A stretch of DNA of 32,000 nucleotides from positions 210,001 to 242,000 of the forward strand of contig JAWBCC010000001.1 of assembly GCA_038823825.1 (NCBI GenBank), in the 5' to 3' direction. Under the pieces are notes generated by a model. That model was not told the DNA's origin, searched no databases, and was given only the letters and a program-made list of their open reading frames with translations. This stretch comes from Candidatus Hadarchaeales archaeon (GTDB lineage: Archaea > Hadarchaeota > Hadarchaeia > Hadarchaeales > Hadarchaeaceae). The translations under genes were made by a program, and so were the position numbers. How positions within the stretch are numbered: position 1 is the first letter of the stretch; every line of letters starts with the position of its first letter. Below, piece by piece: positions 18,095 through 26,169 of this stretch.

Positions 18095-18797
18095 AAAGCT
18101 GATAATTGATGGCAGAAGGCTAGATGGTCGGGCACCGGACGAGATGAGACCACTGAAAATAATTGCTGGACCCTTGCAGAGGGCTGACGGATCAGCCTAT
18201 GTAGAGCTTGGAAAAAACAAGGTTCTTGCGGCGGTTTACGGACCTCGTGAGATGCATCCGAAGCATGAAGCAGAGCCCGACCAGTGCATCCTGCGCTGTA
18301 GATATTCCATGGCACCGTTCTCTGTTGAGGAGAGGAAGAAACCAGGACCAGACAGAAGATCGATTGAGATTTCCAAGGTCATAAGAGAAGCCCTTGAACC
18401 GGTTCTTTTCTTGGAATTATACCCAAGAGCTGTCATAGACGTGTTTATCGAGGTGCTTCAAGCCGATGCTGGGACAAGAACAGCCGGGATAAACGCCGCG
18501 GCAGTTGCCCTAGCCGACGCCGGGATTCCAATGAAGGATCTTGTCTCCGCGATTGCCGTGGGAAAGGTCGATGGAACAGTGGTTTTGGATCTTAACAAAG
18601 AGGAAGATCAATTTGGAGAGACAGACATGCCAGTCGCGATGATAGTCAGGAGAAAGGCGATCACGCTTCTCCAGATGGACGGACATTTCACGGAGGAAGA
18701 GTTTAAGCAAGCTCTGGATTTTGCTTTCAAAGGGTGCGAGCAGGTATTTGAGGCTCAGAGACGTGCCTTGAAGGAGAAATATGTGGTGAAGGTGTGA
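18081..18797 (+). CDS. rrp41: Exosome core subunit Rrp41 (RNase PH family)
   Basis: [102 protein letters not shown]-type signature. Confidence 0.95.
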   Translation: MQKPEKLIIDGRRLDGRAPDEMRPLKIIAGPLQRADGSAYVELGKNKVLAAVYGPREMHPKHEAEPDQCILRCRYSMAPFSVEERKKPGPDRRSIEISKVIREALEPVLFLELYPRAVIDVFIEVLQADAGTRTAGINAAAVALADAGIPMKDLVSAIAVGKVDGTVVLDLNKEEDQFGETDMPVAMIVRRKAITLLQMDGHFTEEEFKQALDFAFKGCEQVFEAQRRALKEKYVVKV

Positions 18798-18800
18798 GAA

Positions 18801-19568
18801 ATGGAAGTGGTTTCCAGAATAAAGAAGGATTACATAATGAGTTTGCTGCAGCAAGGGAAGAGAATAGATGGGAGAGCTTTCGATCAGTTCAGAAGTGTTA
18901 GCGTGGAGAAAGGGATTATCCAAACTGCTAACGGATCGGCTCTTGTGAAGATGGGTGCCACGCAGGTGCTTGTTGGAGTGAAGATAGGGAAAGGAGAACC
19001 TTTTCCCGACCAGCCGGAAGAAGGAATTCTGGTCGTGAACGCGGAGCTTCTTCCTTTGGCCTCACCGACTTTTGAGCCAGGTCCGCCGGACGAAGATGCG
19101 ATAGAGCTTGCGAGGGTCGTCGACCGCGGTATCCGGGAGTCTAAATGCTTGGAGCTTGAAAAGATGGCGATAGTTCCGGGCGAGGAAGTCTGGACGGTTT
19201 TTATAGATATTTATGTTCTGGATCACGACGGAAACCTTATTGATGCCTCGGCTCTCGCAGCCATAGCCGCTCTGACTGATACGAAGCCACCGGCCGATGA
19301 GGCTTGGAAGCTTCAAGGTTTTCCGCTGAGAAAGTATCCTGTAGCCGTGACTTTTGCGAAGATTGGCGATCAGCTTCTGCTGGATCCAAATCTTGAGGAA
19401 GAGCAGGTGATGGATGCTAGACTGACGATGGCTTTCACGGAGGATGGAGCCTTGTGCGCTATGCAGAAGGGAGGAAAGGGATACTTTACCAGAGAGGAAG
19501 TGGAGAGAGCCTTTCAGATTGCAAGGCAAAAGTCCGCGGAGCTCAGAAGATTATTAGGAGTAGGTTAA
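18801..19568 (+). CDS. rrp42: Exosome core subunit Rrp42 (RNase PH family)
   Basis: IMSLLQQGKRIDGRAFDQFRSVSVEKGIIQTANGSALVKMGATQVLVGVKIGKGEPFPDQPEEGILVVNAELLPLASPTFEPGPPDEDAIELARVVDRGIRES. Confidence 0.95.
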   Translation: MEVVSRIKKDYIMSLLQQGKRIDGRAFDQFRSVSVEKGIIQTANGSALVKMGATQVLVGVKIGKGEPFPDQPEEGILVVNAELLPLASPTFEPGPPDEDAIELARVVDRGIRESKCLELEKMAIVPGEEVWTVFIDIYVLDHDGNLIDASALAAIAALTDTKPPADEAWKLQGFPLRKYPVAVTFAKIGDQLLLDPNLEEEQVMDARLTMAFTEDGALCAMQKGGKGYFTREEVERAFQIARQKSAELRRLLGVG

Positions 19569-19569
19569 A

Positions 19570-19800
19570 ATGGCTAGAAAGAGGACGAAAAAGGTTGGAA
19601 TAGCCGGAAAATTCGGCCCGCGCTATGGATTCACTCTGAGGAGGAGATATGCCGAAGTTGCGGAGAAGGCCAGGAAACAGTATCCGTGTCCGAACTGCGG
19701 TGCGGTGAAGGCCAAGAGAATAAGCACGGCGATATGGCAGTGCAGACGATGCGGGACGAAATTCGCAGGTCGGGCATACTATCCGACTGAATCCGCTTGA
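19570..19800 (+). CDS. rpl37ae: Large-subunit ribosomal protein L37Ae (zinc ribbon)
   Basis: 76 aa: KRTKKVGIAGKFGPRYGFTLRRRYAEVAEKARKQYPCPNCGAVKAKRISTAIWQCRRCGTKFAGRAYYP. Confidence 0.95.
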   Translation: MARKRTKKVGIAGKFGPRYGFTLRRRYAEVAEKARKQYPCPNCGAVKAKRISTAIWQCRRCGTKFAGRAYYPTESA

Positions 19801-19810
19801 AAGAGATTGT

Positions 19811-20311
19811 ATGATATTGCTTACGACCTCAAGGAGGCCGTATCACGAGACGCGAATTCTTGCCCGTGAACTCTCAAGAGTCCTCCCGTCTTCCCGCTAC
19901 CTTCCGCGGGGAACTAAAACGGTCAACGAACTTCTCTCGCTCGCATTCCGCTTCGGGCTCAAAGGGGTGTGGATAGTGGAGAACTCCGATGGGAAGCCAG
20001 GATTTCTCAGGTGTATATTGCCAACCCGTGGCAGCCTCTGGGAAGAACTCCAAATCGACTTCTCGGATTTTGTTCTTCAAAGAGGAACCGGAAAGAAGAT
20101 AGAAATCAGTCCTACGCACTTGAAGATTCTTCCTGGGGGAGAACCCCTTGCCCACGAGATATCAAAGTTTCTGCAATTACAGATTGCTGAAAAATCCGGA
20201 GAACCTGCGGTGCTCGTCGGAGAAAGAGAAATAGCATTCTGGGATGGACAGGGAAGGATTCCTCCGGAGTTATATGTTTCTTCTTGGAGGAAAGTCGGTG
20301 GCGAAGCCTAA
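19811..20311 (+). CDS. Brix/Imp4-like rRNA biogenesis protein
   Basis: ILLTTSRRPYHETRILARELSRVLPSSRYLPRGTKTVNELLSLAFRFGLKGVWIVENSDGKPGFLRCI, in the conserved operon position after L37Ae. Confidence 0.85.
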   Translation: MILLTTSRRPYHETRILARELSRVLPSSRYLPRGTKTVNELLSLAFRFGLKGVWIVENSDGKPGFLRCILPTRGSLWEELQIDFSDFVLQRGTGKKIEISPTHLKILPGGEPLAHEISKFLQLQIAEKSGEPAVLVGEREIAFWDGQGRIPPELYVSSWRKVGGEA

Positions 20312-20627
20312 AAGAGTTTCTGCAAAGCTTTATTTCGACTTTGAAGACACGAAAAAAGCAGAAAGTGTATTCAAGGCGGTTCTACCGGAGAAGGATATAG
20401 AGAGATCAAGATGCAGAGTTTCCATGTTTTTAAGGGAAAGCGTTTTATATGTTGAGATAGATGCTCCAAACACGGCTTCGCTGAGAGCTGCCATAAACTC
20501 CGTGGGGAGGTGGATAGCTCTAGCGGATGAGATGGTGGAGAGGTGTGAGGAATGGAAGAGCTTTCCCCGCAGGTTAGACATCAGCTCGTCCAGTTCCAGC
20601 AGGCGCAGCAGCAGGCGCAGGCGATAA
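20298..20627 (+). CDS. pcc1: KEOPS complex subunit Pcc1-like
   Basis: KLYFDFEDTKKAESVFKAVLPEKD...SRCRVSMFLRESVLYVEIDAPNTASLRAAINSVGRWIALADEM. Likely GTG start at 20298. Conserved position between the Brix and prefoldin-beta genes. Confidence 0.85.
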   Translation: MAKPKRVSAKLYFDFEDTKKAESVFKAVLPEKDIERSRCRVSMFLRESVLYVEIDAPNTASLRAAINSVGRWIALADEMVERCEEWKSFPRRLDISSSSSSRRSSRRRR

Positions 20628-20917
20628 TCGCGCAGAGACAGCAGCTCGAGATGCTGATTAAGGAAACAGAGATGGCGCTGCAGGAGCTGCAAAAGTTACC
20701 TGACGATGCTGTGGTTTACAAGAGCGTTGGGACAATTCTGGTCAGGGTGAACAAGCAGGAGCTGCAACAGAGTTTAACTGAAGAAAAAGAGGAGCTGGAC
20801 TTGAGAATAAAGACGCTGGCAAGGCAGCAGGAGAGAATTCTGGAGAGACTGGAGGAAATGCGCCAGAAGCTGGAAGAGGCTCTCAAGGGACAGCCGAAAG
20901 GTGGGGCGGCCGGTTAG
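20552..20917 (+). CDS. pfdB: Prefoldin subunit beta
   Basis: LSPQVRHQLVQFQQAQQQAQAIIAQRQQLEMLIKETEMALQELQKLPDDAVVYKSVGTILVRVNKQELQQSLTEEKEELDLRIKTLARQQERI. Confidence 0.94.
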   Translation: MEELSPQVRHQLVQFQQAQQQAQAIIAQRQQLEMLIKETEMALQELQKLPDDAVVYKSVGTILVRVNKQELQQSLTEEKEELDLRIKTLARQQERILERLEEMRQKLEEALKGQPKGGAAG

Positions 20918-21911
20918 CTTGTCGATGATGGAGGTAGCGGAAGCCCTCAGGTCGCTTTCGGGCAAGCGGGCGTTAGTTCTCTGTCACCACTTTGCCGACC
21001 CGGATGGGGTAGCAAGCACTGTCGTTCTCTCCGAGGTTCTCTCTACGCTTGGAGCAAAATCAGTGGCTGCTGTCGCCGATGACATATCCCTGCCAGCTCG
21101 GCAGATATTGGAGTATTTCGGAAGGAAGGTGGAAATCAACCCGGAGCTCGATTTTGATGCCATAGTCCTCGTGGACACTTCCAGTTTTGGTCATCTCGGA
21201 AGTTTTGGTGAAAAAGTCGAAAAATTTCAGGGTTTGAAGATAGTAATAGACCACCACCGACCAAATGAGGAAACCAGAAAAGCCGTGGATTTTCATTTTG
21301 TTTTTGAAGAGTACATTTCCGAATGTGAACTGCTTGCGGATCTCGTGAAGGAGATGGGACTTAAGTTAACCCCCGAGCAGGCCTCCATGCTTCTCGCCGG
21401 TATTCTTACGGACACGGCGCATTTCAGGTTAGCTAAACCAAAGACCTTTCTCGTGGTTTCAGAGCTTTTGAAGGCGGGAGCGGATTATCAAAAAGTTGTA
21501 GAATTACTCAAGCCTCCGGAGGATAAGTCAAAGAGGGTAGCGGTTCTTAAGGCGATTGAAAGATCGGAGGTTAAAAGAATTCACGGTTTTCATTTCATTT
21601 TTTCAGAGGTCGGAGCTTTTGAGGGTGATGTGGCTTCGATTTTCGTGAAGATCGGTGCGGACGCTGCCTTTGTCGCATCTGAGGATAAGGGTAAGCTAAG
21701 GATGAGCATGAGGGCAAGCGAGCAGTTCATCGAGGAGACCAAAATTCATCTTGGTGAAGTGGCGGAAGAACTCGGGAAGATTTTCAACGGAAGCGGTGGG
21801 GGACATCCAGGGGCGGCAAGCATGATGGGAGAAGGAAGGCTCAAAGATCTCAAAAGAAATTTGTTTAATCTTCTTCAGAAGAAATTGGCTAGGTATGCAC
21901 TTGGAAAGTGA
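20901..21911 (+). CDS. DHH/DHHA1 family phosphoesterase (NrnA-like)
   Basis: VLCHHFADPDGVASTVVLSEVL, AIVLVDTSSFG, IVIDHHRPNE, GILTDTAHFR, NGSGGGHPGAASMMGEG. Start is either GTG at 20901 or ATG near 20925. Confidence 0.88.
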   Translation: MGRPVSLSMMEVAEALRSLSGKRALVLCHHFADPDGVASTVVLSEVLSTLGAKSVAAVADDISLPARQILEYFGRKVEINPELDFDAIVLVDTSSFGHLGSFGEKVEKFQGLKIVIDHHRPNEETRKAVDFHFVFEEYISECELLADLVKEMGLKLTPEQASMLLAGILTDTAHFRLAKPKTFLVVSELLKAGADYQKVVELLKPPEDKSKRVAVLKAIERSEVKRIHGFHFIFSEVGAFEGDVASIFVKIGADAAFVASEDKGKLRMSMRASEQFIEETKIHLGEVAEELGKIFNGSGGGHPGAASMMGEGRLKDLKRNLFNLLQKKLARYALGK

Positions 21912-22806
21912 ACGTCTACAGAAGGCGGGCTACAGGATAATCGGAAGACATAGCGCTGTGAAGGTTTGCCACTGGACGAAAAAGAGCTTGTTAGACCGGG
22001 GCGTTTGCTACAAAGAGGAGTTTTACGGACGTGAGCTCGGGATAAAGAGTCACTTATGTCTCCAGATGACGCCTGCTTTGTGGTTTTGCGACCACAAATG
22101 CGTCCACTGCTGGAGAGACACCAGAGTGACCTCCAGTGTTTGGGAGGGGGAACCTGACGATCCTTCCCTGATCTTGGATTTAGCCATCAGAGCGCAGAGA
22201 GAACTCTTGAGCGGTTTCGGCGGGAATCCGGTAGTTAACAGAAAGAAATTTGAGGAAGCGAAGAATCCGAAGCATTGTGCGATATCGCTCGCTGGTGAGC
22301 CCACGTTTTATCCTAAGATTGCCGAACTGATCGAAGAATGCGCGAAACGTGGAATGACAAGTTTTCTTGTCTCTAATGGCATGCATCCAAAAGTCTTGGA
22401 GAAGATACCAAGTCCGAGTCAACTCTACATCTCCGTTCTTGCTCCCAATGAGGAACTTTACAGAAGACTGTGTTCTCCACTCATTCAGGATGGGTGGAAC
22501 AGGCTTTTGCAAAGTTTGGATGTTCTCAGGAGTTTTAAAGGTCGTACGGCTATAAGGATAACTCTAATCAGAGGAATGAATATGGACGATCCAGCGGCGT
22601 ATGCTCCGCTTGTCATTCGCGCTGAGCCGGACTTTGTTGAAGTGAAGGGATATATGTGGGTTGGTTACTCTAGAAGCAGACTCAAATTGGAGAACATGCC
22701 TTCTCACGCAGATGTTACAAGTTTCGCAAGCGAACTTTCCTCAGCGACGGGATATCGGATACCAGGTGAGCAACCGGCGAGCAGAGTTGTCCTACTCAAG
22801 CGCTGA
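21895..22806 (+). CDS. taw1: 4-demethylwyosine synthase Taw1/TYW1 (radical SAM, tRNA-Phe wybutosine pathway)
   Basis: HLCLQMTPALWFCDHKCVHCWRD (radical SAM CxxxCxxC), NPKHCAISLAGEPTFYPKIAELIEECAKRGMTSFLVSNGMHPKVLEKI, VEVKGYMWVGYSRSRL. Confidence 0.94.
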   Translation: MHLESERLQKAGYRIIGRHSAVKVCHWTKKSLLDRGVCYKEEFYGRELGIKSHLCLQMTPALWFCDHKCVHCWRDTRVTSSVWEGEPDDPSLILDLAIRAQRELLSGFGGNPVVNRKKFEEAKNPKHCAISLAGEPTFYPKIAELIEECAKRGMTSFLVSNGMHPKVLEKIPSPSQLYISVLAPNEELYRRLCSPLIQDGWNRLLQSLDVLRSFKGRTAIRITLIRGMNMDDPAAYAPLVIRAEPDFVEVKGYMWVGYSRSRLKLENMPSHADVTSFASELSSATGYRIPGEQPASRVVLLKR

Positions 22807-23055
22807 TCAAAAACAATTATTTCGTGCTTTATTTTTGAAATTTGGGAAAATTTGGACCATTTGAACGGTCTAAAGGAAAATTTTCTTCAATTTTTTGGAA
22901 AAGTTTTGTTTTTGCAGAAAGAAAATTAAAATATCGAACCGTTTTTGGAGATTTTCTAAATACTTCCTCCTACACAAATTTCTTCGGAATCAATGAGTCG
23001 TGCGGTGACAGGGGCCGCACGAGGAGCTGCACCCGAAATGAAAGGAGGGAGAACA

Positions 23056-24456
23056 ATGCTGGGAGAACACGGATTTGCGGCCGTGGTGGTCGTAATAGTG
23101 CTGGTCTCGGTGGGCGCGGGAATGGCGATACCGGTTATCGTAGATTCCATCGATGTTAATCCAGACAGTCCGCTGTACGGACTGGAAAGGATCGGAGAGA
23201 GAATCAGAGAATCGTTTGCAGGTGGACAGCAGATGGATATCTCTCTCGCAAAAGAGAGAACAGCGGAGCTAGAGCTCATGGTCAGACGTCAAAAGGCCGA
23301 GAGATACGCATGGCTTGCAGACGAGATCGCTGAAAGACTGGAGAAGGCGACGGAGAGGGCTGCTGAAAACGTCGGTCTCGTCAGGGCGATGGAGGCGGTC
23401 CAGATACACACGAGAAGACTAGAGACTCTTCTGGAGAACGAGAATCTGCCGGAGAAAGCCAGGCTTGCGGTTTCCTTTGCGCTTTGCAGGAGCAGTGCAG
23501 TGATGGGCGTTCTTTCAGAAGTTCAGGCTCGCGTTGAGGCTCGCGAGAGGATCCGCGAGAGAATCAGAGAGATGCGTGAGGAGTTCGCAGATCTCAAGAA
23601 AGAAGCGGAAGAGAACCTACGAATGAATTTGCCGATAGAGCCGGCTCTGCACAGAGTCCATATGATGGTCGCCACAAGGTTGATGGCCAGAATAGAGAAC
23701 ATTATTGTTGTGAAACCAGAGAACGCTGAAAATCTCGCAGAACTCATACAGAGAAGGCTAGAGGAAGCGCTGACAAACTGCACGGATAATCAGCTCATCG
23801 AAGAAGTGCTGGAGAAACTCGCTGAATACCGGGAGAAGCTCGAGAATATCCGCGAAAACATGCCAGAGATCCTGCCATGGATTCCACCTATTTGCAACAG
23901 GATCGTTATAGTAATAGTCGTTGTGGAGAACAAAGTTGTAAACATTCCTCAAGTACCTCCGATAGAAATGCGTGAGAACATCAAGGAAACGTTGCGCCAG
24001 ATCAGAGAGGAAATCAGAGAAATCAGGCAAGAGTTCAAGCAGATCAGAGAGGAAATAAGAGAAAGGCTGCGTCAGGGTGAGAACATTCAAGAAATTATCG
24101 ATAATCTCGATCTCTCAACAGTCGAGGTCTTGATCAAGAATCTCCAGATGCAGGTCGAAAATCTCAGAAGCATGCGATCATTGGACATGGCGAGCGAACA
24201 TGTCTACAGAATCGTTAGGAGAGTGAATAAACCGGAACAACTGGAAAGGGTCAGAAATCTCTTGGAGCACAAGATATTGCCACTTAAAGAGAACGTTCCG
24301 GCCGGTGCACCAGTCGAAAATCTCATAGAATGGACGGAGAACTGTTTGCAGAGTATCAATCAGATTCAGCAGGGAGTTGAAGCTGGAGAGATACCTCCGC
24401 AGCAGATACAGTCCACGATCGTAGATATGATAAAACCGCCGCACTGGAGAAGGTGA
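23056..24456 (+). CDS. Exported or membrane-anchored coiled-coil protein, DUF5667-like
   Basis: N-terminal hydrophobic segment GFAAVVVVIVLVSVGAGMAIPVIVDSI, then DVNPDSPLYGLERIGERIRESF (DUF5667-like motif) and long charged heptad-like helices (IKETLRQIREEIREIRQEFKQIREEIRERL). ATG at 23056 has aaaggaggga upstream. Confidence 0.75.
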   Translation: MLGEHGFAAVVVVIVLVSVGAGMAIPVIVDSIDVNPDSPLYGLERIGERIRESFAGGQQMDISLAKERTAELELMVRRQKAERYAWLADEIAERLEKATERAAENVGLVRAMEAVQIHTRRLETLLENENLPEKARLAVSFALCRSSAVMGVLSEVQARVEARERIRERIREMREEFADLKKEAEENLRMNLPIEPALHRVHMMVATRLMARIENIIVVKPENAENLAELIQRRLEEALTNCTDNQLIEEVLEKLAEYREKLENIRENMPEILPWIPPICNRIVIVIVVVENKVVNIPQVPPIEMRENIKETLRQIREEIREIRQEFKQIREEIRERLRQGENIQEIIDNLDLSTVEVLIKNLQMQVENLRSMRSLDMASEHVYRIVRRVNKPEQLERVRNLLEHKILPLKENVPAGAPVENLIEWTENCLQSINQIQQGVEAGEIPPQQIQSTIVDMIKPPHWRR

Positions 24457-24460
24457 AACG

Positions 24461-24637
24461 ATGAGGCAGGACGCAGGGATAGTCATACTCTCGATGATCT
24501 TACCAGTGGTCATCCTCGCTGGGTTGTTTCAGGGTGTCGAAGACCTTTCAGCCAAAGTTCTTGCTCTTCTGCTGCCGGCGGTGGTCTCAGGGGGGATAGC
24601 TCTTCTGATGGTCGCCGCCACGCGTCGCCAGAAATAA
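24461..24637 (+). CDS. 58-aa two-TM miniprotein of unknown function
   Basis: ORF below the 60-aa track cutoff: MRQDAGIVILSMILPVVILAGLFQGVEDLSAKVLALLLPAVVSGGIALLMVAATRRQK. Begins 4 nt after the upstream stop with aggtgaaacg in front of it; two hydrophobic segments and a basic tail. Confidence 0.65.
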   Translation: MRQDAGIVILSMILPVVILAGLFQGVEDLSAKVLALLLPAVVSGGIALLMVAATRRQK

Positions 24638-24663
24638 AAACACAGAATGTCAAGATAAAATCG

Positions 24664-25089
24664 ATGGATACCAAGGAGATGCTAGCGATCGTCGCGGTTG
24701 TCGTGGTTCTTCAGCTTTGTCTGAGCTTTATTGTTTATCTTTTTTCACCTTTTTTTGATCTTTCAGCCTTGGTTGTTGCTGTGGCGATCATGGCGTCTGT
24801 AGCTGGTTCGATTGCGGCAATTCTGCTTTTTCTTTTCAAACGCTACGCAACTGAGCGAGCGGTTAGGGTGGCAATGCTCACTTTGAGTGAGGATGAGAGA
24901 AAAGTTTTGAATGAGATATTAAGAGAAGGAGAGATAAGGCAGGACGTTCTTAGAAGGCGGGTCGACATGTCGAAGTCAAAACTCAGTGCTCTTGTCAACA
25001 ATCTCGAAAAGAAGGGTGCAATCATCAAAATAAGGTATCATAAGACAAACATTTTGAGGGCAACGAAGGAGTTCGGCGGGAAATCTTAA
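24664..25089 (+). CDS. Membrane protein with C-terminal winged-helix (MarR/TrmB-like) DNA-binding domain
   Basis: 141 aa: two TM segments (MLAIVAVVVVLQLCLSFIVYLF; LVVAVAIMASVAGSIAAILLFLF), then LTLSEDERKVLNEILREGEIRQDVLRRRVDMSKSKLSALVNNLEKKGAIIKIRYHKTNIL, a wHTH pattern. Confidence 0.8.
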   Translation: MDTKEMLAIVAVVVVLQLCLSFIVYLFSPFFDLSALVVAVAIMASVAGSIAAILLFLFKRYATERAVRVAMLTLSEDERKVLNEILREGEIRQDVLRRRVDMSKSKLSALVNNLEKKGAIIKIRYHKTNILRATKEFGGKS

Positions 25090-25130
25090 TAGTGTTGGGG
25101 CAGAAAAGATTTTGTTTGGAGGTGGATTGC

Positions 25131-25577
25131 ATGCCCGTGACGGTTGAAGATTTCATGACGAGAAAGGTCGTGAAGATAGAGGCTTCTAGAACGATTGCGG
25201 AGGCGGCCAGATTGATGGCAGAGGAAAAAGTTGGAAGCATCATAGTTTTCCAGGAAGATCGGCCTGTCGGAATTGTCACGGATAGGGACATCGTGGTCAG
25301 AGCGGTGGCTCGAGGTTTATCGATGGACGAAAAAGTAGAAAAGATAATGTCCCAGCCGCTGATAACTGTGGAATCTAAAACACCCATAATAGAAGCCATC
25401 CAGCTGATGGACAAGCATATGATAAGACGGTTGCCGGTGGTCGAGGAGGGCAAAATAGTTGGAATTTTGACATCGACAGATATTGGCAGGGCATCGAAGA
25501 TCTTAGCTCCCTTCCTTCTTCCCAGAATTCCGGAGATATATCTAATTCCGCTGAAAGAGGGGTCAAAGCCAGATTGA
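25131..25577 (+). CDS. Two-CBS-domain protein
   Basis: VEDFMTRKVVKIEASRTIAEAARLMAEEKVGSIIVFQEDRPVGIVTDRDIVVRAVARG...VEKIMSQPLITVESKTPIIEAIQLMDKHMIRRLPVVEEGKIVGILTSTDI. Confidence 0.93.
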   Translation: MPVTVEDFMTRKVVKIEASRTIAEAARLMAEEKVGSIIVFQEDRPVGIVTDRDIVVRAVARGLSMDEKVEKIMSQPLITVESKTPIIEAIQLMDKHMIRRLPVVEEGKIVGILTSTDIGRASKILAPFLLPRIPEIYLIPLKEGSKPD

Positions 25578-25587
25578 GGGAATTCTC

Positions 25588-26169
25588 TTGAGAAGAACGA
25601 TAGGAAGATTGAGGAAACACTTCGCCCGGCAAGAGAGGATACAGGAAAATGTGCAGAAACTCTCCCGCGAGATAATAAGAAATGCGTCGAGAGCTATTAG
25701 CGCTATTCACAGGGGAAATTTCAAGACCGCTAATGCTTTGATCAGAAAAAGCGGTGAAAATCTAAAAAGTTTCGAAGCACTTTTGGATGAAGAGGGTTGG
25801 GGAATGTTCTATAATGTCCTCGTTTCAGCTCAGCAGGAGTATGCCGAAGCGGTTATGCTAGCCTCTATCTTGAAAAACGGGACACTTCCGGATCTTGAGA
25901 GTCTTGGAGTTTTTCCAAGAGCGTATGCATTCGCCTTGGCAGACGTTGCCGGAGAACTTTACAGGGTTTTTCTCAATGGTGTGAGAAATGGAGATAGGCG
26001 TGAGAGCGAAAAAATCTTGGGGGTTATGGAGGAAATTTTTGAGATGTTAATGGAGCTTGATTTCCCACAGTCTGTTTTACCGGGCATGAAACACAAACAG
26101 GATCGGGTGAGGAGGATAGTAGAACAGGCTAGGAGGGATTTTACTCTGGCCTTCATGGAGGGTGGTTAG
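25588..26169 (+). CDS. Translin family protein
   Basis: REIIRNASRAISAIHRGNFKTANALIRKSGENLKSFEALL...YNVLVSAQQEYAEAVMLASIL...DLESLGVFPRAYAFALADVAGELYRVFLNGVRNGD. Confidence 0.85.
   Translation: MRRTIGRLRKHFARQERIQENVQKLSREIIRNASRAISAIHRGNFKTANALIRKSGENLKSFEALLDEEGWGMFYNVLVSAQQEYAEAVMLASILKNGTLPDLESLGVFPRAYAFALADVAGELYRVFLNGVRNGDRRESEKILGVMEEIFEMLMELDFPQSVLPGMKHKQDRVRRIVEQARRDFTLAFMEGG

Noticed and set aside
20244-20297. Upstream extension of the Pcc1 ORF (MDREGFLRSYMFLLGGKS)
   Set aside because: It lies within the Brix coding region in another frame and precedes the conserved Pcc1 core; GTG at 20298 is a better start.
23991-24075. Repeated aga-gag-gaa-at motifs suggesting a tandem DNA repeat or CRISPR
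   Set aside because: The repetition reflects heptad-like IREEIREIR coiled-coil coding; unit lengths and spacers are irregular and the reading frame is maintained. No CRISPR array was found anywhere in the window.
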